From an uncultured Gemmatimonadaceae bacterium (GTDB lineage: Bacteria; Gemmatimonadota; Gemmatimonadetes; Gemmatimonadales; Gemmatimonadaceae): a stretch of 64,000 nt of DNA. The stretch is taken from positions 352,001-416,000 of the forward strand of contig CAWHHI010000003.1 of NCBI GenBank assembly GCA_963829055.1, read 5' to 3'. Below are positions 12,602 through 25,143 of the stretch, in pieces. The notes below the pieces were generated by a model, which saw nothing but the letters and a program-made list of their open reading frames with translations, did not search any database and had not been told where the DNA came from. Made by a program: the position numbers and the translations under genes. Each line of letters begins with the position of its first letter. Within the stretch, counting starts at the first letter, position 1.

Positions 12602-12973
12602 ATGGCTATTGTGTCCACGCACTATGACGAGCACGCTCCCGAGCCCACACTCGCGGCGCTCGCGACGCGCCTCGTCCGCACGACGGTGCTGCCGCGCCGT
12701 CTCTACCAGGTCTTCCACCTCGCGCTGCCGGTCGCGATCGATCTGGCAATGCGCGGCTGGTGGCGCGGTGCGGGCTGGTCACTAGCTATCGCGTCGTTCG
12801 GGGCGTGGGGACTCGCCGACCACTGGCTGGCCGAGTCCGCACGTGACAACCCGTCGCGCGCGCGGTGGGTCCGACTGGCTCGCGTTGTTACCGGCGGGCT
12901 CGCCATCACGCCGCCAGTCGTTCTCTTGCTCGAGGCGTTCCTCCGCTTGTTAGGCAACGCTCCCATTTCCTGA
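12602..12973 (+). CDS. Hypothetical membrane protein
   Basis: 123 aa, GAGG RBS, hydrophobic segments. Confidence 0.55.
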   Translation: MAIVSTHYDEHAPEPTLAALATRLVRTTVLPRRLYQVFHLALPVAIDLAMRGWWRGAGWSLAIASFGAWGLADHWLAESARDNPSRARWVRLARVVTGGLAITPPVVLLLEAFLRLLGNAPIS

Positions 12974-13003
12974 TTTCGCACCCGGAACCAGCCACGCCTT
13001 CTT

Positions 13004-13308
13004 ATGCCTGCTTACGTCGTCGTCGAAGTGGATGTGCACGACCGCGAGCGTTACGACCGGTACAAGCAGCTCGCGCCCCCTTCCATCTATCAGTACGGCG
13101 GGCGCTACATCGCCCGCGGCGGCACCTGCGAGGCGCTCGAAGGCGACTGGAACCCGCCGCGCTTCGTGATCCTCGAGTTCGAGAATGCCGACCGGCGCGC
13201 GCGTGGTGGGCGTCGCCGGAGTACGCCGAAGCGAAGAAGCTTCGTCACGCGACGGCAACGTCGAAGATGCTCCTCGTGGACGGCCTGCCGCCGGGCTGGA
13301 CGCCCTAG
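13004..13308 (+). CDS. DUF1330 domain protein, frameshifted near 13195
   Basis: MPAYVVVEVDVHD...YGGRYIARGG...LEGDW...VILEF then ARAWWASPEYAEAKKLR. Confidence 0.85.
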
Positions 13309-13357
13309 ACGCGAATGCGCCAGCGTTGCAACGGCCCGCCTGACGCGACGTCTCACG

Positions 13358-14790
13358 TCAGTCACTCGCCGCCTGCTCTGCCAGCTTCTCGATCGCGTCC
13401 GGCCCCGTCGCCCATCGCGCCAGACTCGGCAACGCGCGCAGCAGCGCTTCGCTGGAGAAGAACCGGCACCGCTTCTCGAGCCCGAGCGCGCGGAAGGTCG
13501 GTCGCGCGAGCTCGCGTCCGACCTTCGCCAGTCGCGCCGCGGGCGCGACAATGTAGAGCGGGAAGTTGAGGTTCGGCGAGAGCGCCGCGAGATCAGCCAT
13601 CCGCAGGAGTCCCGAGTACACCGACGTCGTGTGCTCCACCTCGAACGCCGCCGCCACCTGGTTCGAGCCGCTCAGCCACACGACGTCGATCAGCGAGACG
13701 AGCCGCTGCGAATCGGGCGACATCCCGAGCGGCGGCAGGCGCGGCACGCTGAGCGCACCGAGCGGCTCGCCTCCCCACTCGCGTCGTCGGTCGTTCGCGG
13801 CGATCCAGACGCGGCAGCCGAGGTGCTGGCCGACCTTCGCGAGCAGCCACTGGACGTGCGTATGGTCGAGCGGCGGCGGTTCGGTGAAGGGGACGTACGG
13901 CGGCGACGTCTCGCGCACCGCCGAGCGTACCCCCGAATGCACTCCCGTGCGCGCGGGGCGCGCCTGCCGGTCGACCAGCGTTAGGCTCGGCGTTTCGCGG
14001 ACCGGCTGGCGGGCTCGACGTCGCGCTCGGGGCGACACGCTCTCGTCGTACGGGAGCGGCTCGTCGCCCAAGGTCGGCAGCCGCTGGGCGTGCCACCAGC
14101 AAAGGTGCTCCAACTGCCAGACCGTGAGCGAGAGCGCCGCGGCGAGCGACAGGAACGACTCGCGGAACAGGAAGTAGTCGCGCATCGGGTCGCCGCTCGC
14201 CGTGAACAGCTCCTCTTCCTCGTGCAGCACCACGCGCGCGGACGGCTGGAAGCCCGGCCACTGATCCGGTTCCTGCAGATGCCAGCACATCGTGGCGAGG
14301 AAGACCGCGTGCGTGGGCTGCGCGACGGTCGGCTCGATGGTCGGCTCGACTGGCGTCCGGTCGGCCTGCGCTTTCACGCCGTCTCGAGCGCGAGCGACGG
14401 CGGCGCCACGTACGCGACAAGCTCGGCGAGCTGGACCGCCGCGGCCTCGATCCCGTCGGGAGCGCGGAACGCCGCGCGCAGACGCCGCGCAAGCTTCACC
14501 GGATGCTCAGTGTGCTTGACGAGCGCGTTCAGGTACATCGCGCCGGATGCTCCCTTGAGCGCGAACGCGTCCCAATCGGTGCGGGTACGCCGGTCGAACG
14601 TCGAGCGGAACTGCTCGAGCCCGACGTCGCCCGCGAGAAAGCGCCTGAGCCAGGCGAGCATCTGCGGCCGCACCTGTGCGCGACCCCGCTCCCAGGCCTC
14701 GTACTCCGCTCGCGCCGATGGGTCGGCGGACCATTCCTCGCGCAGGAGCCGCCACGACTCGGTCTCGAGGTCGGTGCGCGGACGCGGCAC
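13358..14790 (-). CDS. Putative restriction-endonuclease-like PD-(D/E)XK nuclease with helical N-terminal domain (probably one gene split by an indel near 14403)
   Basis: C-terminal QWLLAKVG..GCRVWIAAND...IDVVW...AFEVEHTTSVYSGLLRMADL...LYIVAP; the two ORFs join naturally with one base correction. Confidence 0.65.
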
Positions 14791-15013
14791 CGCGACGTAC
14801 GCGGCTCGCGTTGACTGTACTACCACAGCAAACTGCCCCGCTGAGTGTCGATGAGTGTCCAGCCCCAAGTCTAGAGGGCGGACACGCCGCGGGCGAGTGC
14901 GAGAGCGCATGGTCTGGCACATCGCGTCTCACGGCGCAATGCTATAGCGGATCGCTTTTCAGCCAGAATAGCGTCGTCACCCCGCGCACCCTTCCTCGCG
15001 CCCCGCCCCGCCT

Positions 15014-18000
15014 ATGCCTCGTACTCATCACATCACCCGCGGCGCAGCACTCGTCGCATCTCTGCTCGCGGCCGCCGTGCCCGCCGGCGCGCAGACACGG
15101 ATGCTGCGCAGTCCCACCGTCAGCGAGAAGAACATCGCGTTCGCGTACGCGAACAACGTCTGGATCGTCGATCGCGCCGGCGGCGCCGCACGTCGCCTAA
15201 CGAGCTTCCAGGGCGAAACGACGAACCCGAAGCTCTCACCCGACGGCAAGTGGCTCGCGTTCAGCGCCGAGTACGGTGGCAACACCGACGTCTACGTCGT
15301 CGCCACCGACCCGACGACCGCCGCGCAGACCGGCGGTCAGCCGAAGCGCCTGACGTGGCACCCGGGCGCTGACGTCGTGCAGGGATGGACGCCCGACGGC
15401 AAGCGGATCATGTTCTCGTCCGGACGCGCGGCCAACGCGCCTAACGGCGCGCCGCGCTTCTTCACCGTGGCGACCGAAGGTGGCGTGGAAGAAGCCATGC
15501 CGCTGCCGCGCGCGTATCAGGGCAAGATCTCGCCCGACGGCAAGCGCATCGCCTACCGCATGAACAACTCGTGGGACGAGGAGCGCCGTAACTACCGCGG
15601 CGGTCAGAACCGCCCCATCTGGATCGTCGACCTCAAAACGTTCGAGCTCGAGTCGCCGCCGTGGACGGATTCGAAGGACATGGATCCGGTCTGGTTAGGC
15701 GACGTCGTGTACTTCCTCTCCGACCGCGACGGCGTCTCCAACGTCTGGGGGTACGACTCGCGCACGAAGAAGCTCGGGCAGATCACGAACTACAACGACT
15801 TCGACGTGAAGACGCTCGATGCCGGCGCGGGCGTGCTCGTGTTCGAGCAGGCGGGCTACATCCACGAGATCGATCCCGGCTCGGAGCGCGACCGCGTCGT
15901 GAACATCACGGCGGTCGGCGACTTCCCGTGGATGATGGCGCAGTGGAAGGACGTCTCGAACCGCATGACGAACCTCGCGCTCTCGGCCACGGGCAAACGG
16001 GCCGCGGTGGAAGCGCGCGGCGAGATCTTCACGATTCCCGCCGAGAAGGGCGACATCCGCAACCTCACGAACTCGAGCGCGTCGGCCGAGATCGCGCCGG
16101 CGTGGTCGCCGGACGGCCGGTTCGTCTCGTACTTCAGCGACAAGTCCGGCGAGTACAAGCTGTACATCGCGTCGCAGGACGGCCTGACGCCGCCACGCGA
16201 GATCACGATCCCGGAGCCGAGTCACTTCTTCGTGCCCTCGTGGTCGCCGAACGGGCAGAAGATCACGTTCCAGGACACGCACTTCCGCGTGTGGCTCGTG
16301 GACGTCGCGAGCGGCAAGGCCGACATCGCCGACGGGGATCTCGTGTACAACGGCGATCGGTCGATCATTCCCGTGTGGAGCCCCGACTCGCGGTACATCG
16401 CGTATCCGAAACACCTGCCGTCGCTGTTCCGCGCGATCTTCCTCTACGACACGCAGACGGGCGAGAAGAAGCAGATCACCGACGGTCTCGCCGACGCGAC
16501 GTCGCCGACGTGGGACGCCAGCGGCAAGTACCTCTGGTTCTTCGGCTCCACGAACTACGGACTGAACTCGTCCGTGCTCGACATGTCGGCGTACGAGCGT
16601 TCGACCACGCGCGGTCTGTACCTGACGGTGTTGTCGAAGGCGGATTCGTCGCCGCTGCTGCCGGAGAGCGACGAGGAAGCCGCGCGCGCGGGCCGACCGC
16701 CGCGCGAGCCGGGCCGCGAGGTTCCGAACCGCCCCGACAGCGCCGCGCCGCCACGTGGTGGTGCGGCTCCCCGGCGCGCGCCGCCGCCCAGAACGCCGAG
16801 TCGCCGGACTCGATGCCTAACGTTCAGCGGGCCGCGGCCGGACGTCCGGTGCGCATCGACTTCGACGGCATCCAGCAACGCCTCATCGCGGTTCCGGACC
16901 TGGCGCTTCGCGACTACTCGCAGCTCCGCGCGGGTCCGCCTGGCACGGTGTTCTTCCTCGAGGCGATTCCGGCCACCGGTACCAACGACCGTCCCGGCGG
17001 AGGTCAGGGTGGTGTCCCTGTCGGCACGCTCCACCGCTATCAGCTCAACACCAGACGCGCCACGCCGTTCGCGCAGGGCGTCGCGCAGTACGTCGTGAGC
17101 GCCGACGGACACAAGCTGCTCTATCGCACGGCCGGTGGCGGCGGACAGGGCGGCGGTGGTGGACAGGGCGGCGGCGCCGGTGGCGCGCTGTTCCTCGTCG
17201 ACGCCGACAAGCAGCCGCCGACGGCGGGTCAGGGTCGCCTCAACACGCAGCTCCGCGCGTACGTGGACCCGAAGGCCGAGTTCCAGCAGATCTTCAACGA
17301 GGGATGGCGCAACGAGCGCAACAATCTCTACGTGAAGAACCTGCACGGCACCGACTGGCCGAAGATGAAGCAGATGTACAGCCAGCTCCTGCCGTACGTG
17401 AACCACCGCGCGGATCTGAATTACCTGATGGACATGATGGGCGCCGAGATCGCCATCGGGCACTCGTACGTGCGCGGCGGTGACATGCCCGAAGTCCCGC
17501 AGGCGAACGGCGGCTTGTTAGGCGCCGACTTCACGGTCGACAACGGCCGCTACCGCATCGCCCGCATCTACGACACGGAAGGCTGGAACCCGGAGCTCCG
17601 CGCGCCGCTCGCCATGCCGGGCCTGAACGTGAGCCGCGGCGACTACGTCGTGGCCATCAACGGCACCGAGCTGAAGACGCCGGACAACATCTACCGTCTG
17701 CTCGACGGCACGGCGAACCGTCAGACGGTGATCGCGGTCAACTCGCGCCCGACGCTCGAAGGCGCGCGACAGATCACGGTCATCCCCGTGGCGAACGAGC
17801 AGGGTCTGCGCACACGAGCGTGGGTGGAGCAGAGCCGCCGCATCGTGGATTCGCTGTCCAACGGCAAGCTCGCGTACGTCTACATCCCGAACACCGGGCA
17901 GCCGGGCTACACGAGCTTCAACCGCTACTACTTCGCGCAGCAGGACCGGAAGGGCGCCATCATCGACGAGCGCTACAACGGTGGTGGCTCCGCCGCCGAC

Positions 18001-18498
18001 TACATCGTCGACATCCTCGGCCGCGACTACGACGGGTACTTCAACAACCCGGCCGGTAACCGCGTGCCGTTCACGAGCCCCGCGTCAGGCATCTGGGGCC
18101 CGAAGGTGATGATCATCAATGAGATGGCCGGCTCCGGCGGCGATCTCATGCCCTACATGTTCAAGCACCGGAAGATCGGCCCGCTCGTCGGGAAGCGCAC
18201 GTGGGGCGGACTCGTCGCCACGAGTGACACGCCGCCGTTCGTGGATGGCGGATCGATGATCGCGCCGCGGTTCGGCTTCTTCGCCCGTGACAACAAGTGG
18301 GCGGTGGAGAACGAAGGCGTCGCGCCCGACGTGGACGTGGAGAACTGGCCGAAGGACGTCATAGCCGGCCACGATCCGCAGCTCGAGCGCGCGGTGCAGG
18401 AAGCGCTGAAGCTGCTCGCGGCGAACCCGGGCAATCGACTGATGCAGGAACCGCCCCCGCCGATGTGGGGCAAGCGCGTGAAGCCGCTCGATCGTTAG
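15014..18498 (+). CDS. Tricorn-like S41 family peptidase (PD40 propellers, PDZ), frameshifted near 16770
   Basis: Signal peptide, repeated SPDG propeller motifs, IIDERYNGGG, NEMAGSGGD (catalytic Ser), GKRTWGG, VENEGVAPD. Confidence 0.9.
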
Positions 18499-18612
18499 GC
18501 ACTCGGCAGCGCTGCACGGCAGGAGTTCGAGGGGCTGGGCGCCAGGAGTTGGGCGTCCAGCCCCTCGTGCATCGCGGGCCTACTGGCCTGCCCGCACCGG
18601 CGCCGAATGGCC

Positions 18613-18666
18613 TTGCGCGCCGCCCTGCACCGTTCTACCGTGTCCCATAGTCTTGCCAAGGGACAC
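18613..18666 (+). promoter_or_regulatory. Sigma70-like promoter and palindromic operator of padR-1
   Basis: TTGCGC(18613)-17bp-TACCGT(18636); inverted repeat GTGTCCC-N13-GGGACAC at 18640-18666 directly before ATG. Confidence 0.55.
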
Positions 18667-18668
18667 GC

Positions 18669-19013
18669 ATGCGCGCTGACACCGGGGATCTGCTCCAGGG
18701 CACTCTCGCCATTCTCATCCTCAAGGCCCTCCTCGGCGGGACGCAGCACGGCTATGGCATAGCCCGCTGGGTTGAAGGCACGACCGACGACGTCCTGCGC
18801 ATCGAGGAAGGCTCGCTCTACCCCGCGCTGCGACGCCTCGAGGACAACGGCTGGGTGACGTCCGAGTGGGGACTGTCCGAGAACAACCGGCGCGCGCGCT
18901 TCTACACCATCACGCGCGCCGGCCGGACGCACCTGCGCGCGGAAGCCACCGTGTGGTTCCGCTACGCGAGCGCCGTCACCCAGGTGCTCAGGTCTTCGCC
19001 CGCGCTGTCGTGA
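18669..19013 (+). CDS. padR: PadR family transcriptional regulator (acidobacterial type)
   Basis: LLQGTLAILILKAL, HGYGIARW, EEGSLYPALRRLE, NNRRARFY. Confidence 0.92.
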   Translation: MRADTGDLLQGTLAILILKALLGGTQHGYGIARWVEGTTDDVLRIEEGSLYPALRRLEDNGWVTSEWGLSENNRRARFYTITRAGRTHLRAEATVWFRYASAVTQVLRSSPALS

Positions 19014-19020
19014 CAAGGTC

Positions 19021-21741
19021 ATGAGCCCGGCGTCACACGGCGGCGACCCGCCCGCCAAGCCACCCCGCCAGCCGCCCACGTGGCGGCGCTACCTGCGCTT
19101 CTGGGGGCCTAACGTCGACGCGGACGTCGACGACGAGCTCCGCTTCCATCTCGAGATGCGCGCCCGTGACTACGCGGCGCGCGGCCTGACCTCCGACGAC
19201 GCCCTCCGGGCCGCCGCCGAACGGTTCGGCGACCTCCACGGTATCGGCGGCGCCCTGCGCGCCCACGATCGGCGCCGCGAGCGCGGCCGCCAGAGGAAAG
19301 AGTACATGAGTGACCTCACGAACGACCTCCGCTACGGGATGCGCGCGTTCACCCGCGCGCCGGCGTTCACCACCGTGGCGCTCCTCACCATCGCGTTAGG
19401 TATCGGGGCCACCACCGCGATCTTCAGCGTCGTCAACGCCGTCATCCTCCGCCCGCTCCCCTACCCCGATGCCGACCGCATCGTGCAGGTGTGGATGGAC
19501 AACCGACGCCAGGGTCTGAAAGAAGACCTGCACTCGTGGCCGAACTACGCCGACCTGCGCGAGCAGAACCACGTCTTCTCCGCCATGGCCGCGTACACCA
19601 CCGGCGGATACAACATCACGGCCGGCTGCAAGGAAAGCGACTGCGAGCCGCAGCGCATCAAAGCACTGTTCGCGACGCCCGACATCTTCCGCGTCCTCGG
19701 CCTAACGCCAGCAATGGGCCGAGCGTTCACGGTCGAGGAGGATCAACCGGGCAAGGATGGCGTCGTCATCATCAGTCACGGGCTGTGGACTGGGCTTTTC
19801 GCCGCCGATCGCGGCATCATCGGCCGCACCGTTCGACTGAACGGGCGCGAGCGCACGGTCATTGGCGTGCTGCCGCCGTGGTTCGCGTTCCCGAACCGCG
19901 ACACCGACGTGCTGGTGCCACTCGCCATGGACGCCGACGACAAGCAGTACCGCTCCTCGTTCGGTCTCTACTCCGTCGCCCGCCTCGAGCCCGGCATCAC
20001 GTTCGAGCGCGCCGTGGCCGACCTGAACGCCATCGGCCGGCGGCTCGAGCAGCAGTACCCGACGAACCGCGACTACGGCGTCTACCTCGTGCCGCTTCCG
20101 GAACAGGTCGTCGGACGCACGCTCCGCACGTCGCTGTGGGTGATGATGGCCGCCGTCGGCGCCGTGCTGCTCATCGCCTGCGCGAACGTCGCGAACCTGA
20201 TGCTGTCGCGGGCCGCCGTCCGCGAGCGCGAGATCAGCGTCCGCGTCGCCCTCGGCGCCGCTCGCACGCGCCTCGTCCGGCAACTCCTCACCGAGAGCAT
20301 CCTCCTGTCCGTGCTGGGTGGCGCGTTAGGTACCGCACTGGCGTGGGTCGGGCTGCGCGTGCTCACGCGCATGGCGCCAGAAGACATCCCGCGAATGGAC
20401 CAGGTCCGCATCGATCTCCCGGTGCTCGGCGTCGCGCTCGTACTCGCGGTCTTCACCGGCATCGCGTTCGGGCTCGCGCCGGCATTGCAGTCGTCACGCG
20501 TGGCCGTCGGAGGCGCGCTGCGCGAGGGCATTCGCGGCGGCACCGGCGGACGAAGAGCGCAGCGCATGCGTCGCACGCTCGTCGCCGCGCAGATCGCGCT
20601 CGTGGTCATGCTGCTCACCGGCGCGGGGCTGCTCATCAAGAGCTTCATGCATCTGCAGCGCGTCGACCTCGGGTTCCGCCCCGACCATCTGCTGACGATG
20701 CGCTTCTCGTTGCCGGGCGCGAAGTACCCGACGCCGCAGGCGCGCGCGGCATTCCAGGAGACGCTGCTCGAGCGCACCCGGCAGATCCCTGGCGTTCAGG
20801 GCGCGGCGTTCATCTCCGACATCTTCCTCAGCGCGACCCCGAACTCCACGACCATCACGATCGACGGGCGTGAGATGACCCCCGAGGAACAGAACGTCGA
20901 GGTGCCGCTCGACGCCGTATCGCCCGACTACTTCAAGGTCATGGGCATCCCGCTCCGCAGCGGGCGCACGTTCGCCGCTACCGACAATCTCGAGGCGCCG
21001 CAGGTCGTCATCGTCAACGAGAGCCTGGCGCGACACTTCTGGCCTAACGAGGACGCGGTCGGCAAGCGCTTCAAGTACGGCAACGCCACGAGCACCGGCC
21101 CGGTCATGACCGTCGTCGGCGTGGTCGCCGACATGCGCCGCACCGGCTTCGACGCGCCGGTGCGCTACGAGACGTTCCGCCCGTACACGCAGCGCGTCGT
21201 CGGCTACCTCACGCTCGTGGTCCGAACCGCCGGCGATCCGCTCGCGATGGTCGCACCGGTGCGCGCGCAGTTCCGCGCCCTCGACCCCGAGCAGCCTGTC
21301 TTCGCGGTCGAGTCGATGGATCAGCTGCTTTCCTCCATGGTCGCCCAGCGCCGCTTCAGCATGGCGCTGCTCGGCACGTTCGCCGCGCTCGCGCTCGTGC
21401 TCGGCGTCGTGGGTGTGTACGGCGTCACGTCGTACCTCGTAGCCCAACGCACGCGCGAAGTCGGCGTGCGGCTCGCGCTCGGTGCGCAGCCGCGGCAGGT
21501 GGTCGGCATGGTCGTCCGCCAGGGAATGCTGGTGGCGGCTGCCGGACTCGCGGTTGGTCTGGTGGGCGCTCTCGCTACCGGCCGGCTCATTACCGGTTTG
21601 CTCTATGGCGTCAGCCCGTACGACGTCGCGACGCTGGCAGTCGTGACCGTCGCGATCGGCCTCGCCACCCTCGTGGCGAACTGGCTGCCCGCCCTGCGCG
21701 CCGCTCACGTCGATCCGTTGATTGCGTTGCGAAGCGATTGA
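19021..21741 (+). CDS. ADOP duplicated ABC permease (MacB/FtsX x2) with N-terminal prefix domain
   Basis: DVDDELRFHLEMR prefix, ALGIGATTAIFSVVNAV, LLIACANVANL, RTREVGVRLALGA, VDPLIALRSD. Confidence 0.92.
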   Translation: MSPASHGGDPPAKPPRQPPTWRRYLRFWGPNVDADVDDELRFHLEMRARDYAARGLTSDDALRAAAERFGDLHGIGGALRAHDRRRERGRQRKEYMSDLTNDLRYGMRAFTRAPAFTTVALLTIALGIGATTAIFSVVNAVILRPLPYPDADRIVQVWMDNRRQGLKEDLHSWPNYADLREQNHVFSAMAAYTTGGYNITAGCKESDCEPQRIKALFATPDIFRVLGLTPAMGRAFTVEEDQPGKDGVVIISHGLWTGLFAADRGIIGRTVRLNGRERTVIGVLPPWFAFPNRDTDVLVPLAMDADDKQYRSSFGLYSVARLEPGITFERAVADLNAIGRRLEQQYPTNRDYGVYLVPLPEQVVGRTLRTSLWVMMAAVGAVLLIACANVANLMLSRAAVREREISVRVALGAARTRLVRQLLTESILLSVLGGALGTALAWVGLRVLTRMAPEDIPRMDQVRIDLPVLGVALVLAVFTGIAFGLAPALQSSRVAVGGALREGIRGGTGGRRAQRMRRTLVAAQIALVVMLLTGAGLLIKSFMHLQRVDLGFRPDHLLTMRFSLPGAKYPTPQARAAFQETLLERTRQIPGVQGAAFISDIFLSATPNSTTITIDGREMTPEEQNVEVPLDAVSPDYFKVMGIPLRSGRTFAATDNLEAPQVVIVNESLARHFWPNEDAVGKRFKYGNATSTGPVMTVVGVVADMRRTGFDAPVRYETFRPYTQRVVGYLTLVVRTAGDPLAMVAPVRAQFRALDPEQPVFAVESMDQLLSSMVAQRRFSMALLGTFAALALVLGVVGVYGVTSYLVAQRTREVGVRLALGAQPRQVVGMVVRQGMLVAAAGLAVGLVGALATGRLITGLLYGVSPYDVATLAVVTVAIGLATLVANWLPALRAAHVDPLIALRSD

Positions 21742-22044
21742 CGGATTTCCCCATCGCCCGGGATGCTCAGCCGGTCGGGGATGGCGTACACGTCCGCAGG
21801 GTGTGACTCGACGAGCCGTCGCCGCGATTGACAAGCTTTGGTCTGGTGGTCTGACACTAACCTGACCACTTCAGGTCGGCATTGCGCCGTTTCGCCTAAC
21901 GTACGGCGTGTTCCCGATCTAACTGGTCTGGTTCCCCTTGACCCGCCATCTGCGCGCGGTGATGATAGCGCGCAATTGTTCCCTCCGATCGCTGGCCATG
22001 CTATCGAGCACGGTCAGCCATTGCCCACCGCTGGAGGACCCTTC

Positions 22045-25000
22045 ATGATTGTCGCACGTGTACTACGCGGCACCGCCCTCGCCGCCATCGCGCTCGCCGC
22101 GTCGGCGCTCACGCAACGCGCCCACGCCCAACAGACCGGCACCGTCCGCGGGACGGTCACCGACTCGGCTTCGGCCCGCGGCATCGCGGGCGCGCAGGTC
22201 ACCATTACCGGCTCTACCCGCGGCGGCCTAACGAACGACGTCGGCCAGTACACCATCCGCGACGTCCCACCCGGCACCATCACGGTCCGCGCGCAGCGCA
22301 TCGGCTTCACGCCCGTGGACCGGACCGTGACCGTCACCGCGAATGGGACCGTCGTCGCCGACTTCACGCTCGCGACATCCGCTCGCACGCTGTCCGAGGT
22401 CGTCGTCGTCGGTTACGGCACGAGCAGCCGGCAGAACGTCAGTAGCGCCATCAGCTCGGTCACCGCCGCGGACATCGCGAACACGCCGGCCGCCGGCCTC
22501 GACGCGGCGCTCCAGGGCAAGGCGCCCGGCGTGCAGGTGATGCAGAACGCCGGCAATCCCGGGAACGGCATCTCCGTCCGCGTCCGCGGGCCCGCGTCGA
22601 TCAACGCCGGCAATCAGCCACTGTACGTCGTCGACGGCGTGCCGATCCTGCAGGAGAATTTCTCGCAGCTCGGACTCGGCGGCCAGGACGTCACGGCCGT
22701 CACCGGCATCAACCCGGACGAGATCGAGACCATCGACATTCTGAAGGACGCCGCCGCCTCCGCGATCTACGGCTCGCGCGGCTCCAACGGCGTCGTGATG
22801 ATCACCACGAAGCGCGGCCGCGCCGGTAAGTCGCACATCACCTTCAGCGGCTACAACGGATGGCAGGCCACGTCGGAGACGATCCCGATGCTGAACGCGC
22901 AGCAGTACGTCGAGATCTTCAACGAGAGCGCGAAGAACGACGGCTACGACCCCGACGACTACGACTTCACGCCGGGCGTGGACGACAGCGCCAACTACGA
23001 CTGGCAGAAGGCCGTGTTCCGCAACGCCCCTGTGCGCGACCTGCAGCTCGGCGCCAGCGGCGGCAGCGAGCGCGTGCTCTACTACCTCTCGGGTTCGTAC
23101 TTCGACCAGAGCGGCATCGTGATTGGCTCGAAGTACACGCGCGCCGCGGGCCGCGTGAACCTCGACTTCAACGCGAACAGCAAGCTGTCCGTGCGCACGT
23201 CGCTCGGACTCGACGCGCGAGGACAATGACCGCATTCAGGGCGACGGGAGCCTCGACGGCATCGTCACGAATGCGATCGGCATGCAGCCCATGCGCCCTG
23301 TCTATCGGGCGGATGGTAGCTTCGCTGGCCGCGCCCAGGGGCTCCGCTACTCGAACCCGGTCGCCCTCGCCAACCTGAATTCCTCCGAGCTCGAGACGCA
23401 GCGCGCGTTCGGCAACATCGAAGCGAACTACCAGCTCACACACAGCCTGCGCCTAACGGGCCGCGGCGGCTTCGACGCGCTCGGTCTCGACGAGACGGCC
23501 TGGGACTCACCGACCGTCGATCGCACGTACGCCGCGAGCGCGAACGGCGTCGGCAAGTCGGGCCACACGGGAGCGACCAAGTATCTCGGTGAGGGCTACC
23601 TGACGATCGAGCCGTTCTCGTCGGCGACGAGTCACCTCTCGCTCGTCGGCGGCGCCAGTGTCGAGTACAACAAGAGCACGCTGAACTTCGTCCGCGGCGA
23701 AGGTTTCACGAGCGGCTTCCACACCTACGTGCGCAACGCGTCCAACGTCACCGAGTACGACGGCTCGTCGACGACGAACAACCTCGTCGGCTTCTTCACG
23801 CGTGCCGACTACTCGCTCCGCGATCGCTACCTCCTCTCGGCGAGCCTGCGCTCCGACGGCTCGTCGCGCTTCGGCGAGGAGAATCGGTACGGCCTGTTCC
23901 CCGCCGCGTCCGTCGGGTGGGTGTTGAGTGAAGAGTCGTTCGCGAGCAGCCTTCGGAAGTTCGCGAACGTGAAGCTCCGCGCGAGCTACGGCGCCACCGG
24001 CAACCAGGGCATCGGCGATTTCGCGGCGCGGGCACTCGCCACCGGCTCTCCGTACAGCGGCACACCTGGTATCTCGGTCTCGCAGCTCGGCAATCCTGAT
24101 CTCCGTTGGGAAACGACGCGAGAGTTCGACACCGGTGCCGACCTGTCGATGTTCAACGGCCGCGTGAACCTGATCGCCGACTACTACGTGCGCCAAACGT
24201 CCGATCTGCTCGTGCAGCGCCCGATCCCCGCGACCACGGGCCTCACGACTTACTGGGGCAACATCGGCGACATCGACAACCGCGGCGTCGACCTCGGTCT
24301 CAACACCACGAATATCGAGACGGGCGGTACCGACGGCTTCGCATGGCGCAGCACGCTCACCATGACATTTAATCGCAACAAGGTGACGTCGCTGTTCAAC
24401 GATCAGCCGTTCACGACGGGTATCAACGGACGAGAGACGAGCATCGCGACGGTCGGCAAGCCGTTAGGCTCGTTCTTCATGTACAAGTTCGACGGCGTCG
24501 ACCCGCAGACCGGCAGACGCGATTCTGCGCGACGTGGACGGCGATGGCGACATCACCGACCGCTGACCGCATGATCGTCGGCAACCCGCAGCCCGAATTA
24601 CTTCGGCGGCTTCACGAACACGTTCAGCCTGAAGAGCTTCGAGCTCAACACGCTTCCTCCAGTTCAGCAAGGGGAACGACGTGTTCAACATGATGCGCAT
24701 CTTCGCCGATGACGGCGCCTGCACGTACGACAACAAGTTCACCGACGTCCTCAGTCGCTGGCAGAAGCCGGGCGACATCACCGACGTGCCGCGCATGAGC
24801 TACGACTGCGCCTCGGGCGCGGACGCGATCTCGAGCCGCTTCATCGAAGACGGCTCGTACCTCCGCATCCGGGAGATCACGCTCGGCTACCGCTTCCCGT
24901 CGCGCCTCTCGGGCAAGGCGGGGCTCGACAACGCGCGGCTGTACGTGTCCGGGCGCAACCTGGCCACGTTCACGAAGTACTCGGGCTACAACCCCGACGT

Positions 25001-25101
25001 GAACAGCGCCGGCTCCGACTCGAACGTCATCATCGGCACCGACTACTACGCGTATCCGCTCGCCGCGAACGTTCACCATCGGTATCACCGCTGGCTGGTG
25101 A
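22045..25101 (+). CDS. susC: SusC/RagA family TonB-dependent receptor, multiple frameshifts
   Basis: GGAGG RBS, EVVVVGYG, LQGKAPGV, PLYVVDGVP, LKDAAASAIYGSRGSNGVVMITTKRG, GNPDLRWE, C-terminal TFTIGITAGW. Confidence 0.9.
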
Positions 25102-25143
25102 CCGGCATCCCAGCCACCGTGACCCTTCATTGAGACTTCATAC

